Assembly: GCA_965240325.2 (NCBI GenBank)
Contig: OZ251229.1
Coordinates: forward strand, 124,001 to 188,000
Direction of reading: 5' to 3'
DNA length: 64,000 bases
From: Rebecca billardiae RCC1528
Taxonomy: Eukaryota > Protista > Haptophyta
The first letter of the stretch is position 1. The number at the start of each line of letters is the position of its first letter. Under the pieces are notes generated by a model that had not been told where the DNA came from, made no database searches, and saw only the letters and a program-made list of their open reading frames with translations. Below, piece after piece: positions 22,916 to 34,193 of this stretch. A program made the translations under genes and the position numbers.

Positions 22916-24826
22916 TTGACGGCGGTCGATCCACGTCAAAGAATGATCCACGTTCTCCTGCCGCTCCGAGCCACCAGGGCCTTCGTGGGCACCGAACCTT
23001 CCTCCGAAGACGTGGACCGCACTGTATGCAACCTGTGTGCGGACTGGGCAGCCAAGCGAGTGGCTGTAGATGGCATGGACCCATCACACATGCTAGGAAA
23101 GAACGTCTGGCTCCCTGCAGCATATGGGCTGGTGGACACTGCAGGGGCTCTCCTGCAGTCAGGGCCCCTCCCCGTCAGGAGGCTGGTAATAGAGCGCGCC
23201 CGCAGAGCAGCCCTGGAGGCGCGCCTGGATCCCACCCCTGGCAACGACGAGTCCCCCGAACAGGCGGCAGAGAGGCAGCGCAGGAGCGCCAAGTACGCCA
23301 TCAAGATGGGGGACGACTCCCTACACACCCAGGAATCCACCCTCTCGCTGCGGAACCAGTTCACCAAGCCAGAGCGCCTCACCAAGTTCGTCCTCAGGTG
23401 CTGCGTCGGGGCGCTGGAGTATAATCAAGATGCTGCAGGGGCCAACCCAGGATTGGATGCAGTCCCATATAGCCAGCAATGGCCGGACTGCACGCTGGGC
23501 ACCGACTGTCTGTTCTGCCTCGAGGCAGGATCGGACGCCCCTGGGCCGGACTCTGCCACGCACGTCTTCTGTGACTGCCCCCACGCCGACGCCAGGAGCA
23601 TGGCACAGCATAGCATCATCCGGATGCTTGACAAGCGCACTGGCGGCAGGATGCCGATGCAAGACAGGCAAGACCTGGCAGAGCAGGCTACAGCCCACCG
23701 GCACTACTATGCGGGCCAGATCCCCAAGGCAGTAGTGGCAGCCGCCCAGGAGAGCGCAAAACAGTACCCCTGGCGGACCGCGCGGGACGGGGGAGACAGT
23801 AACAGCGCCTCTGCCGATGCAGACCAGTCAGACGAGCAGGATGGCCAGCCAGCCGGGCGGGACGGCAGCTACAAGGTGGGAAGCTTACACTCTACCATCG
23901 TCAGCGTCACCACCCACATCCACCACAAGCGCCTCGAGCTAGCTACAGCTGGGACGGAGGGCCGCCAGCGCCGGTACGACCTCGCGCACTTCCTCACCGC
24001 TCTCCGCCGCGGCCGCCTCACAGGGGGAGCGAGCCCCAGAGATGGGCAGACCCAGGGATCGTCCGCCAGCGGCCCAAGACTCACACCCTCCCCTGACCGA
24101 ACACAGGGCCCCCGACCCCCATCAAGCAGCCAGGAGGGCCCAGCAGGGGGGCGCCAGCCCCCGGCCGGCAGCAGGGCCCCTCCACCCCCTGGCCCACTGG
24201 CCCAGCAGGAACCTGGCCAACAGGCCCTCAATGCCTACTATGCAGCAGCTGAACTGCAGGATGCTGACGTCGATGGCACTGGTGCCAACTGCGGGTTCCT
24301 TGCGGTACTGGGCGTCACCCGCGCAGGGGCCCGCGAAGACCCAGCAGGGGCAACCAGGAGCGCCCAGGCACTGAGGCAAGCCACCGTACAGCACGCCCTG
24401 TCCCTGAGTGCGCAGCACCAGGGGGTCCTGGCGGCCGCAGTGGCCCTCCAGCCGGCCCACCTCGAGCCCGATGGGAGCGCACAGAGGGCAGCAGCAGCGG
24501 CTGCCACCCTGGGCACGGTTCGAGAGGCTGGCACCCCGTTGGCAGATGCACTCCTCCCCTGTGTGGCAGCAGGGGCGAACACCACAGTCGTCCTGGTCAC
24601 CAGAGACCCTCACACCGGCGCCCCTCTTCGTATGGTCCAGGTCTTCCACAGCCCAGGCTCCCCCCAGTACAACCGGCACGACCCGCTGCACATTGAGGTG
24701 CTACCCTGGCCCCAAGTGGCCACCAGGCTGGCAGCGGGCGCACTCGGACAGACCAGGGTCATCTCTCACTGGAGAGGCCATTACAGGACCACAGTCCCAA
24801 GGGCACTGCCAGGTCAGGCCCACTGA
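22916..24826 (+). CDS. Retroelement ORF2 C-terminal fragment: RNase H tail, CCHC (zf-RVT-like) knuckle, OTU-like cysteine protease
   Basis: NLCADWAAK (N..AD..AK); CLFC...DSATHVFCDCP; DVDGTGANCGFLAV...LRQATV...GHY. No ATG start and no RT motifs present. Confidence 0.55.
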   Translation: MTAVDPRQRMIHVLLPLRATRAFVGTEPSSEDVDRTVCNLCADWAAKRVAVDGMDPSHMLGKNVWLPAAYGLVDTAGALLQSGPLPVRRLVIERARRAALEARLDPTPGNDESPEQAAERQRRSAKYAIKMGDDSLHTQESTLSLRNQFTKPERLTKFVLRCCVGALEYNQDAAGANPGLDAVPYSQQWPDCTLGTDCLFCLEAGSDAPGPDSATHVFCDCPHADARSMAQHSIIRMLDKRTGGRMPMQDRQDLAEQATAHRHYYAGQIPKAVVAAAQESAKQYPWRTARDGGDSNSASADADQSDEQDGQPAGRDGSYKVGSLHSTIVSVTTHIHHKRLELATAGTEGRQRRYDLAHFLTALRRGRLTGGASPRDGQTQGSSASGPRLTPSPDRTQGPRPPSSSQEGPAGGRQPPAGSRAPPPPGPLAQQEPGQQALNAYYAAAELQDADVDGTGANCGFLAVLGVTRAGAREDPAGATRSAQALRQATVQHALSLSAQHQGVLAAAVALQPAHLEPDGSAQRAAAAAATLGTVREAGTPLADALLPCVAAGANTTVVLVTRDPHTGAPLRMVQVFHSPGSPQYNRHDPLHIEVLPWPQVATRLAAGALGQTRVISHWRGHYRTTVPRALPGQAH

Positions 24827-25002
24827 GGCCACGGGCCCGCAGGCAGAACTCAGGCTGGCCAGAGGCCCCTGCTGGGGAGTGTGGGGGAACTGCCCAAGCG
24901 CCGGGGGGGGGGGGGGGGGAGGAGGAGGACGAGCTCAACCAGAACCACCAGGCCCAGCAGAGACACGACCATCCCCCACAAGTACCGGAACCAGTCCCCG
25001 AC

Positions 25003-25386
25003 GGCGAGTCCAACTACTACTAACTTCGGCGAGTCCAACTACTACAAACTTCGGCGAGTCCAACTACTACTAACTTCGGCGAGTCCAACTACTACTAACT
25101 TCGGCGAGTCCAACTACTACTAACTTCGGCGAGTCCAACTACTACTAACTTCGGCGAGTCCAACTACTACTAACTTCGGCGAGTCCAACTACGACTACTA
25201 ACTTCGGCGAGTCCAACTACTACTAACTTCGGCGAGTCCAACTACTACTACTAACTTCGGCGAGTCCAACTACTACTAACTCAGGCGAGTCCAACTACTA
25301 CTAACTTCGGCGAGTCCAACTACTACCAACTTCGGCGAGTCCAACTACTACTAACTCAGGCGAGTCCAACTACTATTAACTTCGGC
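25003..25386. repeat. Tandem array, about 15 copies of 25-bp TTCGGCGAGTCCAACTACTACTAAC
   Basis: About 15 GGCGAGTCCAAC occurrences spaced 25-28 bp apart; no unique spacers. Confidence 0.95.
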
Positions 25387-25763
25387 CACAACATCACCCA
25401 CCAGCTGCTGACCAAGAACAGGCTACACCATCGTCCACCATGACCTGCCACTGACCAAGTAGGCGACGACATCATCCGCACCAGCTGCTGACCAAGTAGG
25501 GGACGGCCTGGCCGACGCCAACATGCTCACTCGCCTTTGATTTCGTACCCATGCACTTCCTGGTGGGCCTGACGACGTCCGGACGACGACAACAACGACA
25601 TCCGCCATGGGGACCAACATCAACGCGCTCACACCACTGCCACTGCTGCAAGCTTCGACCAGTACCACTACAGACGAATCAGGAGAGCTGCGCCCTCGTG
25701 CCTGTGTCTTTAAATCATAGAATTGGTCCAAAGGTGGCGACCTTACGTGTCCCGCTCCGCGCG

Positions 25764-26621
25764 ATGGCGGCGCGCGCGTCGACGGCGTGCTGCTTGCTCA
25801 TCGTCGTGGGCGCAGTGGCGCTGAGCGTCGCGCGCCTCGGCGCGGGCGCCGCGGCCGATGGTTTGGACGCTTCGCGAGCGCACGAGCCGCCCTCGCCCGC
25901 GCTCTCGCTCGCGCTGCGCGCCCTCGCCGCGTGCGCGTGGACGTACACGCTCGCGCACTCGTACACAGACCGCACCCCGCTCAAGATCGAGCACCGCGGG
26001 ACGGCGGTGTACGTGCGCGGGCTCGGGCGCTTCGTCACGTTCACGCTGTGGTGCAACTGCCTCGTCGCGCTGTACTGGTGGGCGAGCGCGGCCGACACCG
26101 CGCTGGGCGCGCTCGGCGGCGCGCCCGCGGCGCGCGCCGCCGCGCGCGCGTGCGCGCGCGTGCTGTGGGCCGTCGTGCTGCCGCTGTCGTGGCTCGTGGC
26201 GATGGTGGTCTCGTTCGTGCTCATCCCTGTGGGCCGGCGCACCGACCCCGAGCGCGTCGCGGTGATGCTCCGGTGGCGCCCGCTCTTCCTGCACAACGGG
26301 TACGTGCTGAGCTGCGCGGCCGAGCTGCTCGTCTCGCGCCCGCCCATGGACGCGACGCGCTGGCCGGTGATGCTGCTCTTCGGCACGGGGTACCTGCTCT
26401 TCGCGTACGTGATGTACCTGCGGCTCGGCGTGTTCGCGTACTTCTTCCTCGACCCCACCTTCGGCTGGGCGCCCCTCGCGTACCTCGCGCTGCTCGGGCT
26501 GGTGATGCTCTGCTTCCACGCGTGCGCCGCGGTGAGCGCGTGGCTGGCGGCGACCACCTCGCCCGCGCTCGGCGGCGTGCTGCTCGTCGGCGCCGCGCTG
26601 GGCACGTGCACCTGGCGCTAG
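25764..26621 (+). CDS. FAR-17a/AIG1-like multi-pass membrane protein
   Basis: Multiple TM helices; FVTFTLW (Thr), LHNG (His), YFFLDP. Confidence 0.65.
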   Translation: MAARASTACCLLIVVGAVALSVARLGAGAAADGLDASRAHEPPSPALSLALRALAACAWTYTLAHSYTDRTPLKIEHRGTAVYVRGLGRFVTFTLWCNCLVALYWWASAADTALGALGGAPAARAAARACARVLWAVVLPLSWLVAMVVSFVLIPVGRRTDPERVAVMLRWRPLFLHNGYVLSCAAELLVSRPPMDATRWPVMLLFGTGYLLFAYVMYLRLGVFAYFFLDPTFGWAPLAYLALLGLVMLCFHACAAVSAWLAATTSPALGGVLLVGAALGTCTWR

Positions 26622-26929
26622 CCGTTTGGAGTCGCGCTGGGAACAGTACCACGGCCGTGGCTGGGGAAATCGCTTCAGACAAGTTTCAATGAAAGTTCTA
26701 CTAGACGCCTCTTAGCAGCGGTCTCGCGCGACGTGCCGTGTGGCGTTTCGCTGTCGGACTCGGGTGTGTCACTGCCAGTGCCATCACGATTTCAGATTGC
26801 TACAATCATATCGCCGAGCTGCTACAGTATTCATCATGCGTGGCTTGCGGCATCCATCGTGTGTGTGGCCGCTGAGCGCGCTTGAACAGTTCCCGCTCGC
26901 GGCCAGCGGGCATCGTCCACCAACGGACG

Positions 26930-29479
26930 ATGTCGAAGGCGAGCGTGGACAAGGGCACGGTGAAGGAGCTGGCGGGGACGCTGCAGAACGTGTCGCTCCC
27001 GCCGAGCGTGCGCATCTCCGCCGCCGAGAGCATCCTCAACCTCTCGAAGAATGGTGCGCGCGCGCGCGCGCGCGCGCGCGCACGCCGCGCGCCGCGCCGC
27101 GCCGCGCACGCCGCCCACGCGCGCGCGCGCGCGCGCGCCGCGCGTCGACGGCGCGCCGCGCCGCCGCGCAGAGCAAGGCTGCGCGATGCTCTGCTCGTCC
27201 AGCGCGATCCACGCGCTCCTCTCCGCGATCAAGGAGCACGGCGACTCGGCCGAGCTGCTGCGGATCGCGTGCCGCGCGATCTGCAACCTGTACAAGTTTG
27301 ACGGCAAGCTGGTGGCGGTGGTGGCGCGGCTGCAGGGCGCGATCGAGGCGCTGCTCGGGTCGGTGCGCGCGCACACGCACGGGCCCGACCGCCGGCTGCT
27401 GCAGTGGCTCCTCTGCGCCCTCTCCGACGTCTCGCACACGGGGCACAACACGGCGGCGCTCGTGCGCGCGAGCGGGCTGCCGATCGTGCTCGGCGCGCTG
27501 CTCGCGCACCTGAAGGTGGAGCACCTCGCGCTGCCGTGCCTGTACGTGCTGGTGAACGTGGCGCGCACGCCCGCGCACGTGCCCCTCCTCGTCGCCGAGG
27601 GCGGCGTGCCCGCGCTCCTCGCCGCGCTGGTGGCGCACCTGGGGCACGCGCTGCTCGTGCGCACCGCGCTCACGCTGCTGCGCGCGCTCGTGGTGGACGA
27701 CGCGAGCGTGCTGACGTTCGCGGGGGACGGGGCGTACCGCATCGTGCTCGCGGTGATCCAGGCGCACGCGCCCGACGCCGAGCGCCTCGACGTCGTCAAG
27801 CTCGCCGCCTCCGTGCTGTGGCGCATGTACTACGCGCGCCACCCGATGGGCGGCCTGCTGCAGGCGTGGAGCGTGTACGACACGCGCTCGCAGGGCGCGC
27901 AGGGCGGGGCGCTGTCGGACGGCACGCAGGGGGAGAACACGTCGTCGGCGGACGAGGAGGACGCCGACGCCGCCGCCGCCGCCGCCGCCGCGCCCGCCGA
28001 GCCCGACGCCACCGCGTCCTCCGCCGCGCCGGGCGGCGGCGGCGACGGCGGCAGCCGGCTGCCGCGCGCAGAGATGGTGCTTGGTGGGCCCGACCACAGC
28101 GCGAGCGCGCACCCGCCCGCCGAGCCGACGCTCGAGGCGTGCTCGGCGCTGCGGATGGCGGAGCGCGTGGCGCAGTGCATCGCGCTCGACGCCGAGCGCC
28201 TCGTCTACCCCACCGGCCGCCCCGACCAGCCGCGCGCGCCCGCGCCGCCGCGCGCGGGCGGCGCGCCGCTGCCCGGCTACGTGCCGCACGCGCCGCCCGT
28301 CGTGTACGACGCGTGCGCGCCGGGCGCGGGCGCGGCGGCGGGGGGCGAGAGCGCGGGCGGCGCGCCGGGCTGCCTGCGCTTCAGCTCGGGCTTCGAGTCC
28401 GCCAACCTGCGCCGCGCCATCCGCGTGCGTGAGCGCGAGTACGACCTCGTGCTGGCGTGCGACGCCAACACGCGCGGGCACACGCAGTGGTTCTACTTCG
28501 GGGTGGCGGGCATGGTGCCGGGCGTGCCGTACAAGCTGAACATCGTGAACCTGCTGAAGAGCGACTCGCTCTTCGCGCACGGGATGCGCCCGCTGCTCTA
28601 CTCGACCACCGCCGCCGCGCGGCACGGGTCGGGCTGGGTGCGCGTGGGCGCAGACATCTGCTACTACCAGAACGAGCACCCGGTGAGGCCCGACGAGTAC
28701 GCGGCGGCGGCGCAGGCGGGCTGGGGCGCGCGCAAGAAGCGCAACGCCAAGGACAAGGCGGACGCCGCGACGTACTACACGCTCACGTTCACCGTCGTCT
28801 TCGAGCACGGCGGCGACGACGAGCTCGCGTACATCGCGCAGTGCTACCCCTACACGTACTCGCAGCTCACGGCCACGCTGGCGCACCTCCAGGCGAAGCC
28901 GGACGCGCCCTCGAGGCTGCGCGTCGAGACGCTGTGCTCGTCGCTGGCGGGGCACGCGGTGCACGTGCTCACCATCACCGACTTCCTCGCGCCGCCCGAG
29001 GAGATCCGCGCGCGGCGCACCGTCGTGCTCACCGCGCGCGTCCACCCCGGCGAGTCGAACGCGTCTTGGATGATGGACGGGCTGCTGCGCGCGCTGCTGG
29101 CGGACAGCAGGGTGGCCGCCGAGCTGCGGAGCGCGCTCGTCTTCCGGATCGTGCCGTGCCTCAACCCGGACGGGGTGATCCTGGGGAACTACCGGTGCAG
29201 CCTCTCGGGCGAGGACCTCAACCGCTCGTGGGCCGAGCCGCAGCTCGACAAGCACCCGACCATCCACGCGACCAAGGAGCTGATCGCGCGCGCGGCCGCG
29301 GACGAGTCGCTGCTGCTCTTCTGCGACCTGCACGGCCACTCGCGCAAGAAGGCGGCGTTCATGTACGGCGTGGAGGCGGCGGTGCCGAGGGGCGAGAAGG
29401 GCGCGGCGCCGCAGGCGGGCGGCGCCGCGGGCGCGGGCGCGGGCGGGAGTGGCGGCGGCGGGAGCGGGGCCGGCGGCGG

Positions 29480-29513
<34 letters not shown>

Positions 29514-30251
29514 GCCGCCAGCGGCGGCGCCAGCGGCGCGGCCGCCGCTGCGGAGGCGGGGAAGGGCGGCGGCGGCGCGTCCGACCGCCCCGCGCGCCCG
29601 CCGATGCACGAGCGCGTCTTCCCGCTGCTGCTCTCGCGCCTCTCGCCCACCTTCGCCTTCGGCTCGTGTTCGTTCAAGGTGCTGCGCTCCAAGGAGGCGA
29701 CGGGCCGGGTGGTCGTGAGCCGAACCTTCTCGCTCGTGCACTCGTACACGCTCGAGGCGTCGTTCTGCGGGCCGGACGGGCCGCTGGCTGAGGGCGCGCC
29801 CGAGCTGCACTACTCCACAGCCGACCTCCAGGGGCTCGGCCACGCGTTTGTGCAGGTGCAAGCGCGCGCGCGCGCGTTCGCGCGCGCGCCTCCCAGCTGC
29901 CCTCACGCCGGCCGCCCTACCCTACCCTGCCCTACCCTGCCCTACCGCCCTCCCCCGCCGTGGCAGGCGCTGCACGCGTTCGCCCACCCGTCCCGCACCG
30001 AGTACAACAAGGCGCTGGCGGAGCTCGAGGAGGGCGTCGCCGCCGCGGGCGGCGGCAACGACGGCTCGGACGAGGACGGCGAGGCCGCAGACAAGCCGGC
30101 CGGCACAAGGCGCAAGTCGGTCGCGGCCGGCGGCGGCGGGAGCGGGGGCGGCGGGGGTGCGGCGCCGCCCAAGGTGCGCAAGAAGCCGTCGGACACCGAG
30201 CTGAGCAGGCGGCGGCGCAAGAAGCATGCAGACCTCGCCGCGACCAAGTAG
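26930..30251 (+). CDS. Cytosolic carboxypeptidase, CCP1/AGTPBP1-like tubulin deglutamylase with N-terminal ARM region (introns 27054-27171, 29856-29966)
   Basis: FESANL, QWFYF, YPYTY, HPGESN, NPDG, NYR, DLNR, DLHGHS, YTLE (M14D motifs). Confidence 0.92.
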
Positions 30252-30538
30252 CCGCCGGGCCCGCCTGGTCGGCGCCGGGCCGCCGCGGGGCACGGCGCGC
30301 CACGTCCGCGCTGCCAGGGCCTGACGAGCCGGGCCGGCGGCCCGCCTAGCGCACGTGCTGCGCGTGGCACGGACCTTCTTGCGCCAATAAGTAGCCATGT
30401 GCAATGGCACTCACGTGCAGCGAGTGCCATCGTGCCATGGGAGAGGACCAGCTAGGTGAATCCGCCGCCATTGTCACGACTGGACGACGAAATCTGGCCA
30501 CGACCTTCATCATCGGCGTGCGTCACGCGGCGGCAGCC

Positions 30539-30958
30539 ATGCGCATCTTGCTGCGCAGCCTCGCAGCTTGGCGCCTGGCGCCTGCGCACGGGGCATGGGC
30601 GCGAGCGCACGCGCACCCGCCCTCTGCTCGAACGGCGCGCGTGCGTCTCCTCTCGTCCGAGCCGCAGAGCGCGCCGCCGGCCGCGCCGGCCGCGCCCCAG
30701 CGCAGTGCCGCCGAGACGCTGCCGTTCAAAGTGTTCCGCACCAACTACAATGAGCTGCCCGTCTACTCGGACTACCGCAACGGGAGGACGCGCGTGCTCA
30801 CGCTCGTCCGGAAATACGCTGGCGACGCGGACGCCCTCGCGAAGCGGCTCGCGCGGCTGTGTGACCAGCCGCAGACCGTCGTGAAGACGGGGCGCATCGA
30901 GATCAAGGGCCTGCACGTGCGCAAGGTGCGCGCCTACCTGCAGTCGCTCGGCTTCTGA
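30539..30958 (+). CDS. MRPL49: Mitochondrial ribosomal protein mL49/IMG2
   Basis: Presequence-like N-terminus; PFKVFRT..ELPVY...T.VRK..GD...IEIKG...L.SLGF. Confidence 0.85.
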   Translation: MRILLRSLAAWRLAPAHGAWARAHAHPPSARTARVRLLSSEPQSAPPAAPAAPQRSAAETLPFKVFRTNYNELPVYSDYRNGRTRVLTLVRKYAGDADALAKRLARLCDQPQTVVKTGRIEIKGLHVRKVRAYLQSLGF

Positions 30959-31725
30959 GCTCGCGTGGCGGGCCGTGAAGCTGGGCGTTCTCTCGGGCTG
31001 CAAGGGCGCTCAGATTCGTCTGACCTCAGCATCCGGAGTCGCTCTGCACGTGCAGGGACGAGCACAGCACAGTGGCGGGTGTCGTGTCAGACCTGATCCG
31101 CCGCAGAATCAACTGAGCGAGTGATCTGCCAGAGTCAGGCGCGCGAGCAGCCCTCGCGGCGGGTCGCGGGACGAGACATCGTCGTCGCGATGGTGCTGCT
31201 GGCATGCTGCTGACGAGACGATGTATAATATAGATAGACCGACGCACGCTCGGTCGCGCCCGGGTCGCGGGTCCGCGCAAATAACTAATAATTATTATCA
31301 GTTATTAGTTCTGAATGAATTAAGTAGTATAGTATATATATATATCATATATATATTATTTATAATATAAGTCACGCCTTACACGGCCCGGACAGGCGGC
31401 CGGAAGTGTCGCGGACTACATCCGCATATTACAGCAGCTACAAATCTTCATATATCGCAGGCTGCCGGGCTTCTGGCTTCTGCAGCGGCGCAGGGTGAGC
31501 CGTGAGGGTGCTCCGCGGCCGCGTGCCGTGCGGTCGCGCGCCGGCGGCCCGATCTGCGATCATCCGGCTGACCGCGTCAACACGCTCGTGAACACTGACC
31601 GACGCCACGCTGCTGGCTGCCGCGGCCGGCTCGATCCGTGCAGAGAGAGCCAATGCAAGTGCGCGTGGACCCACTCGCCCCAGGCGACCGGCGCTCAGCG
31701 CGCGGCGGAGTGCGCGCGGAGCCGA

Positions 31726-32733
31726 TCATTGCTTCCCGTCCTCGGGCGGGGCCTGCCCCTTTTTCGTCAGCCTCTCCTTGAGAAGCTTCTCATCGATGGT
31801 CGGGTAGTTCTTCACCGACATGTGCTCGTGCACCTCCGTGAACATCGCCTTCTTCTCCCCCTCGACGATCTTCTTCTCGATCTTCTTCTCCGCGTCGATG
31901 ATGCTCTGCTTCACGTCGTCGTACACCATCTGGTCGCCCTCGCGCTCGTGCGCCATGTACTCGCGCGCGGCCGGGTCGTTGAAGCCGACCGCCCTGTCCA
32001 CGCCGAGGATCTTCTCGAGGCGCTTCTCGATCGACCAGACGCGCATCTCGATCTTCTTCTCGGCGTTGCCGACCTTCTCGAGCAGCTTCTTCTCCGCCTC
32101 CATCAGCTCCTCGTACACCATCTGGTCGCCCTCGCGCTCGTGCGCCATCAGCTCCTTGGCGGCGGGGTCGTTGAAGCCGGTCGCCTTGTCCGAGTCGATG
32201 TGGAGCAGCTTCTCGACGCGCTTCTCCGCCTTGGCGATGCGCTCCTCGAGAGCGAGCTCCGCCTTCATCACGGCCTCCTCGACGTCGTGGAACACGATCT
32301 CGTCGCCCTCGCGCTCGTGCGCCATGTACTCCCTCGCCGCGGGGTCGTCGAAGCCCTTGGCCTTGTCCGAGTCGATGCCGAGCGCCTTCTCGAAGCGCTT
32401 CTCCAGCGAGAAGAGCCGCTCCTCCAGGCGCTGCTCCGCGGCGAGGATGGCGTCCTGGAGGCGCCGCTTCTTGGGCGCGTCGTTCAGCAGCCGGCAGCCA
32501 TCTGGACGCGCGGCGCACCCGGCGTGGGATGGCGTGGCACGAAGTGAGAGGAGCGACCGCGCGCACCGCACCAAGGCCGCGGCGGGCCTGCGGGTGGAGA
32601 GTCACGGGCTCAGAACGTGCGCGCGCACGGCGCGCGAGCACGCACGAAGGGCGGTCGGCACGAGCCGCAGAACGGCCGGGGCCAAGCGAGCCACGTTGTG
32701 GGCGGTCGCCGCGTGAGCCAGTGGTCGCAACAT
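31726..32733 (-). CDS. Uncharacterised protein with three or more ~60-aa E/K-rich repeats, probably mitochondrion-targeted
   Basis: GF(N/D)DPAA(R/K)E(Y/L)MAHEREGD x3; strong codon bias. Candidate first exon MLRPLAHAATAHNVARLAP at 32733-32646 splices in frame to 32501. 5' structure uncertain. Confidence 0.65.
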
Positions 32734-32919
32734 TTGATCGGGGCGCGAGCGATGGATGGCGCCACGCTGTTTGGGGCAGCACCAACGGGGTGGGATTAAG
32801 AAATGAAATCAATTAGAACTGCATGCCAGGGCCAGCCAGGTAAGACCGGACGAAACTCTATCTGCATTCAGTCGCAACGATTCGGGCTAGTGGCTACCAT
32901 ACATACTGTTTACTAAGAA

Positions 32920-32951
32920 TAAGAGACGCACACAGCTCAGGCAGGCGAGAT
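32920..32951. repeat. 32-bp dispersed motif, copy 2
   Basis: Identical to 7365-7396. Confidence 0.85.
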
Positions 32952-33029
32952 TACTACATAACGGCCCGCCATTAAAATACGCGCAGCAGGGTAATGCAGG
33001 CGTGGACAGTTGAGCGGCACTCGCCTGGC

Positions 33030-34193
33030 TCACTTTGGCCTTGGGCGCGCGGCGGGCGGCGGGAACGGTGGCGGCGCGGGCTTGGTGACGTCCCGCATGT
33101 GCACCCCCTCTCGCTTCCCGCCGTACTCCACGGGCAGCTGCTCGTCGTCGATCAGCGCCCTGAGCGCGGGCACCCAGTGTGCCGGGCTCGAGTAGAGCGA
33201 CACCTTGGCGCGCGTGCTCTCGTCGAGCAGCGGCCCGACGATCGCCCAGCAGAAGGAGAAGACGTACGGCACGTTGATCAGCACCGCGGTGCCCGAGCGC
33301 TCCGGGTAGTGCGCCGCGTCCCGCCGCACGTTCTCCTTCACCAGCGCCATCGCCCTGCGCGTGGACAGCCCCGGGTGCCAGCCGTTCATGTCCACCACGG
33401 CCACCAGCTGGCCCACGCGGCAGCCATGCTTGCAGGACTGCTCGCCCAGCCGGCGCATCAGCCGCTCCTGCTCCCACGTGTGGAAGCGGACCAGGCGTTC
33501 GTGCGTCGTGTACTCAAGCAGCGCGTCCACGCGGAAGTCACCCTGCTTGTTGAAGTGCACTGCGCGCGCCGCCGGCCCACGCAGCGCGAGGCGCACAGGG
33601 CCCAGGCGGTGGGCGGCCGCGCAAAGCATGCGCCGGCGCGCACACATGGCGCCGCCGTGCAAGGCCAGCCAAGCGCGAGAGCGCGCGCGCGCGCGCGCAC
33701 CTGGCCGCCCCTGCTTGTCCTCGCCCTCCACCCACGCGGGCAGGTAGTGCCGCACGATCGCCTCGTCGCACCCCAGCACCTCCTCTGCGCTCTGCGCGCG
33801 CAGCTGCGCCAACCCCTCCGCCGCGCGCCACGCGAGGTCGGCCTCGAGCATGGCGAGCGCGCGGCCCACGTCAAAGTCGCGCGCGCGGAGGAAGCGGAGG
33901 AGGAGACCGTCCTCGTCCTCCGCGGGACGGACCGCCGCGGCGACGATCCCGTCCCACAGCCCCAGCGCGCGCGCGCGGCTGCGCAGCTCGTCCAGGGCGC
34001 GCGCATGCGCCGCCGTGAGCGCGCCCGCCCAGCCGGGCTTGGGCAGGCCGGAGAGCGGGTGGTACGCGGGCGCGGCTGCCTTGGCGGGCGGTGTGTGGTG
34101 GGTGCCCACCGCCTCGACGGCGCCCGACGCGGTCGGCGGTGTGGGTTGCAGCATGGGCGAGGACGGCGCGGACACGAACTCCGCTCCCCCCAT
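33030..34193 (-). CDS. SEC14/CRAL-TRIO lipid-binding protein (intron 33700-33560)
   Basis: LLRFLRARDFDV, DKQGRPV, HYPERSG..LINVP, WAIVGPLLDESTRAKV, LPVEYGG. Confidence 0.92.
   Translation of the reverse strand: MGGAEFVSAPSSPMLQPTPPTASGAVEAVGTHHTPPAKAAAPAYHPLSGLPKPGWAGALTAAHARALDELRSRARALGLWDGIVAAAVRPAEDEDGLLLRFLRARDFDVGRALAMLEADLAWRAAEGLAQLRAQSAEEVLGCDEAIVRHYLPAWVEGEDKQGRPGARARARSRAWLALHGGAMCARRRMLCAAAHRLGPVRLALRGPAARAVHFNKQGDFRVDALLEYTTHERLVRFHTWEQERLMRRLGEQSCKHGCRVGQLVAVVDMNGWHPGLSTRRAMALVKENVRRDAAHYPERSGTAVLINVPYVFSFCWAIVGPLLDESTRAKVSLYSSPAHWVPALRALIDDEQLPVEYGGKREGVHMRDVTKPAPPPFPPPAARPRPK

Larger units (their letters stand above)
22916..25723 (+). mobile_element. 5'-truncated non-LTR-retrotransposon-like element
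   Basis: Intronless ORF with composition unlike host genes (CpG-poor); G-run 24903-24919; 25-bp array; 3' 51-bp segment shared with 10103-10153. Boundaries approximate. Confidence 0.55.

Noticed and set aside
25003-25386. CRISPR array
   Set aside because: Units are head-to-tail with no unique spacers; no cas genes; eukaryotic context.
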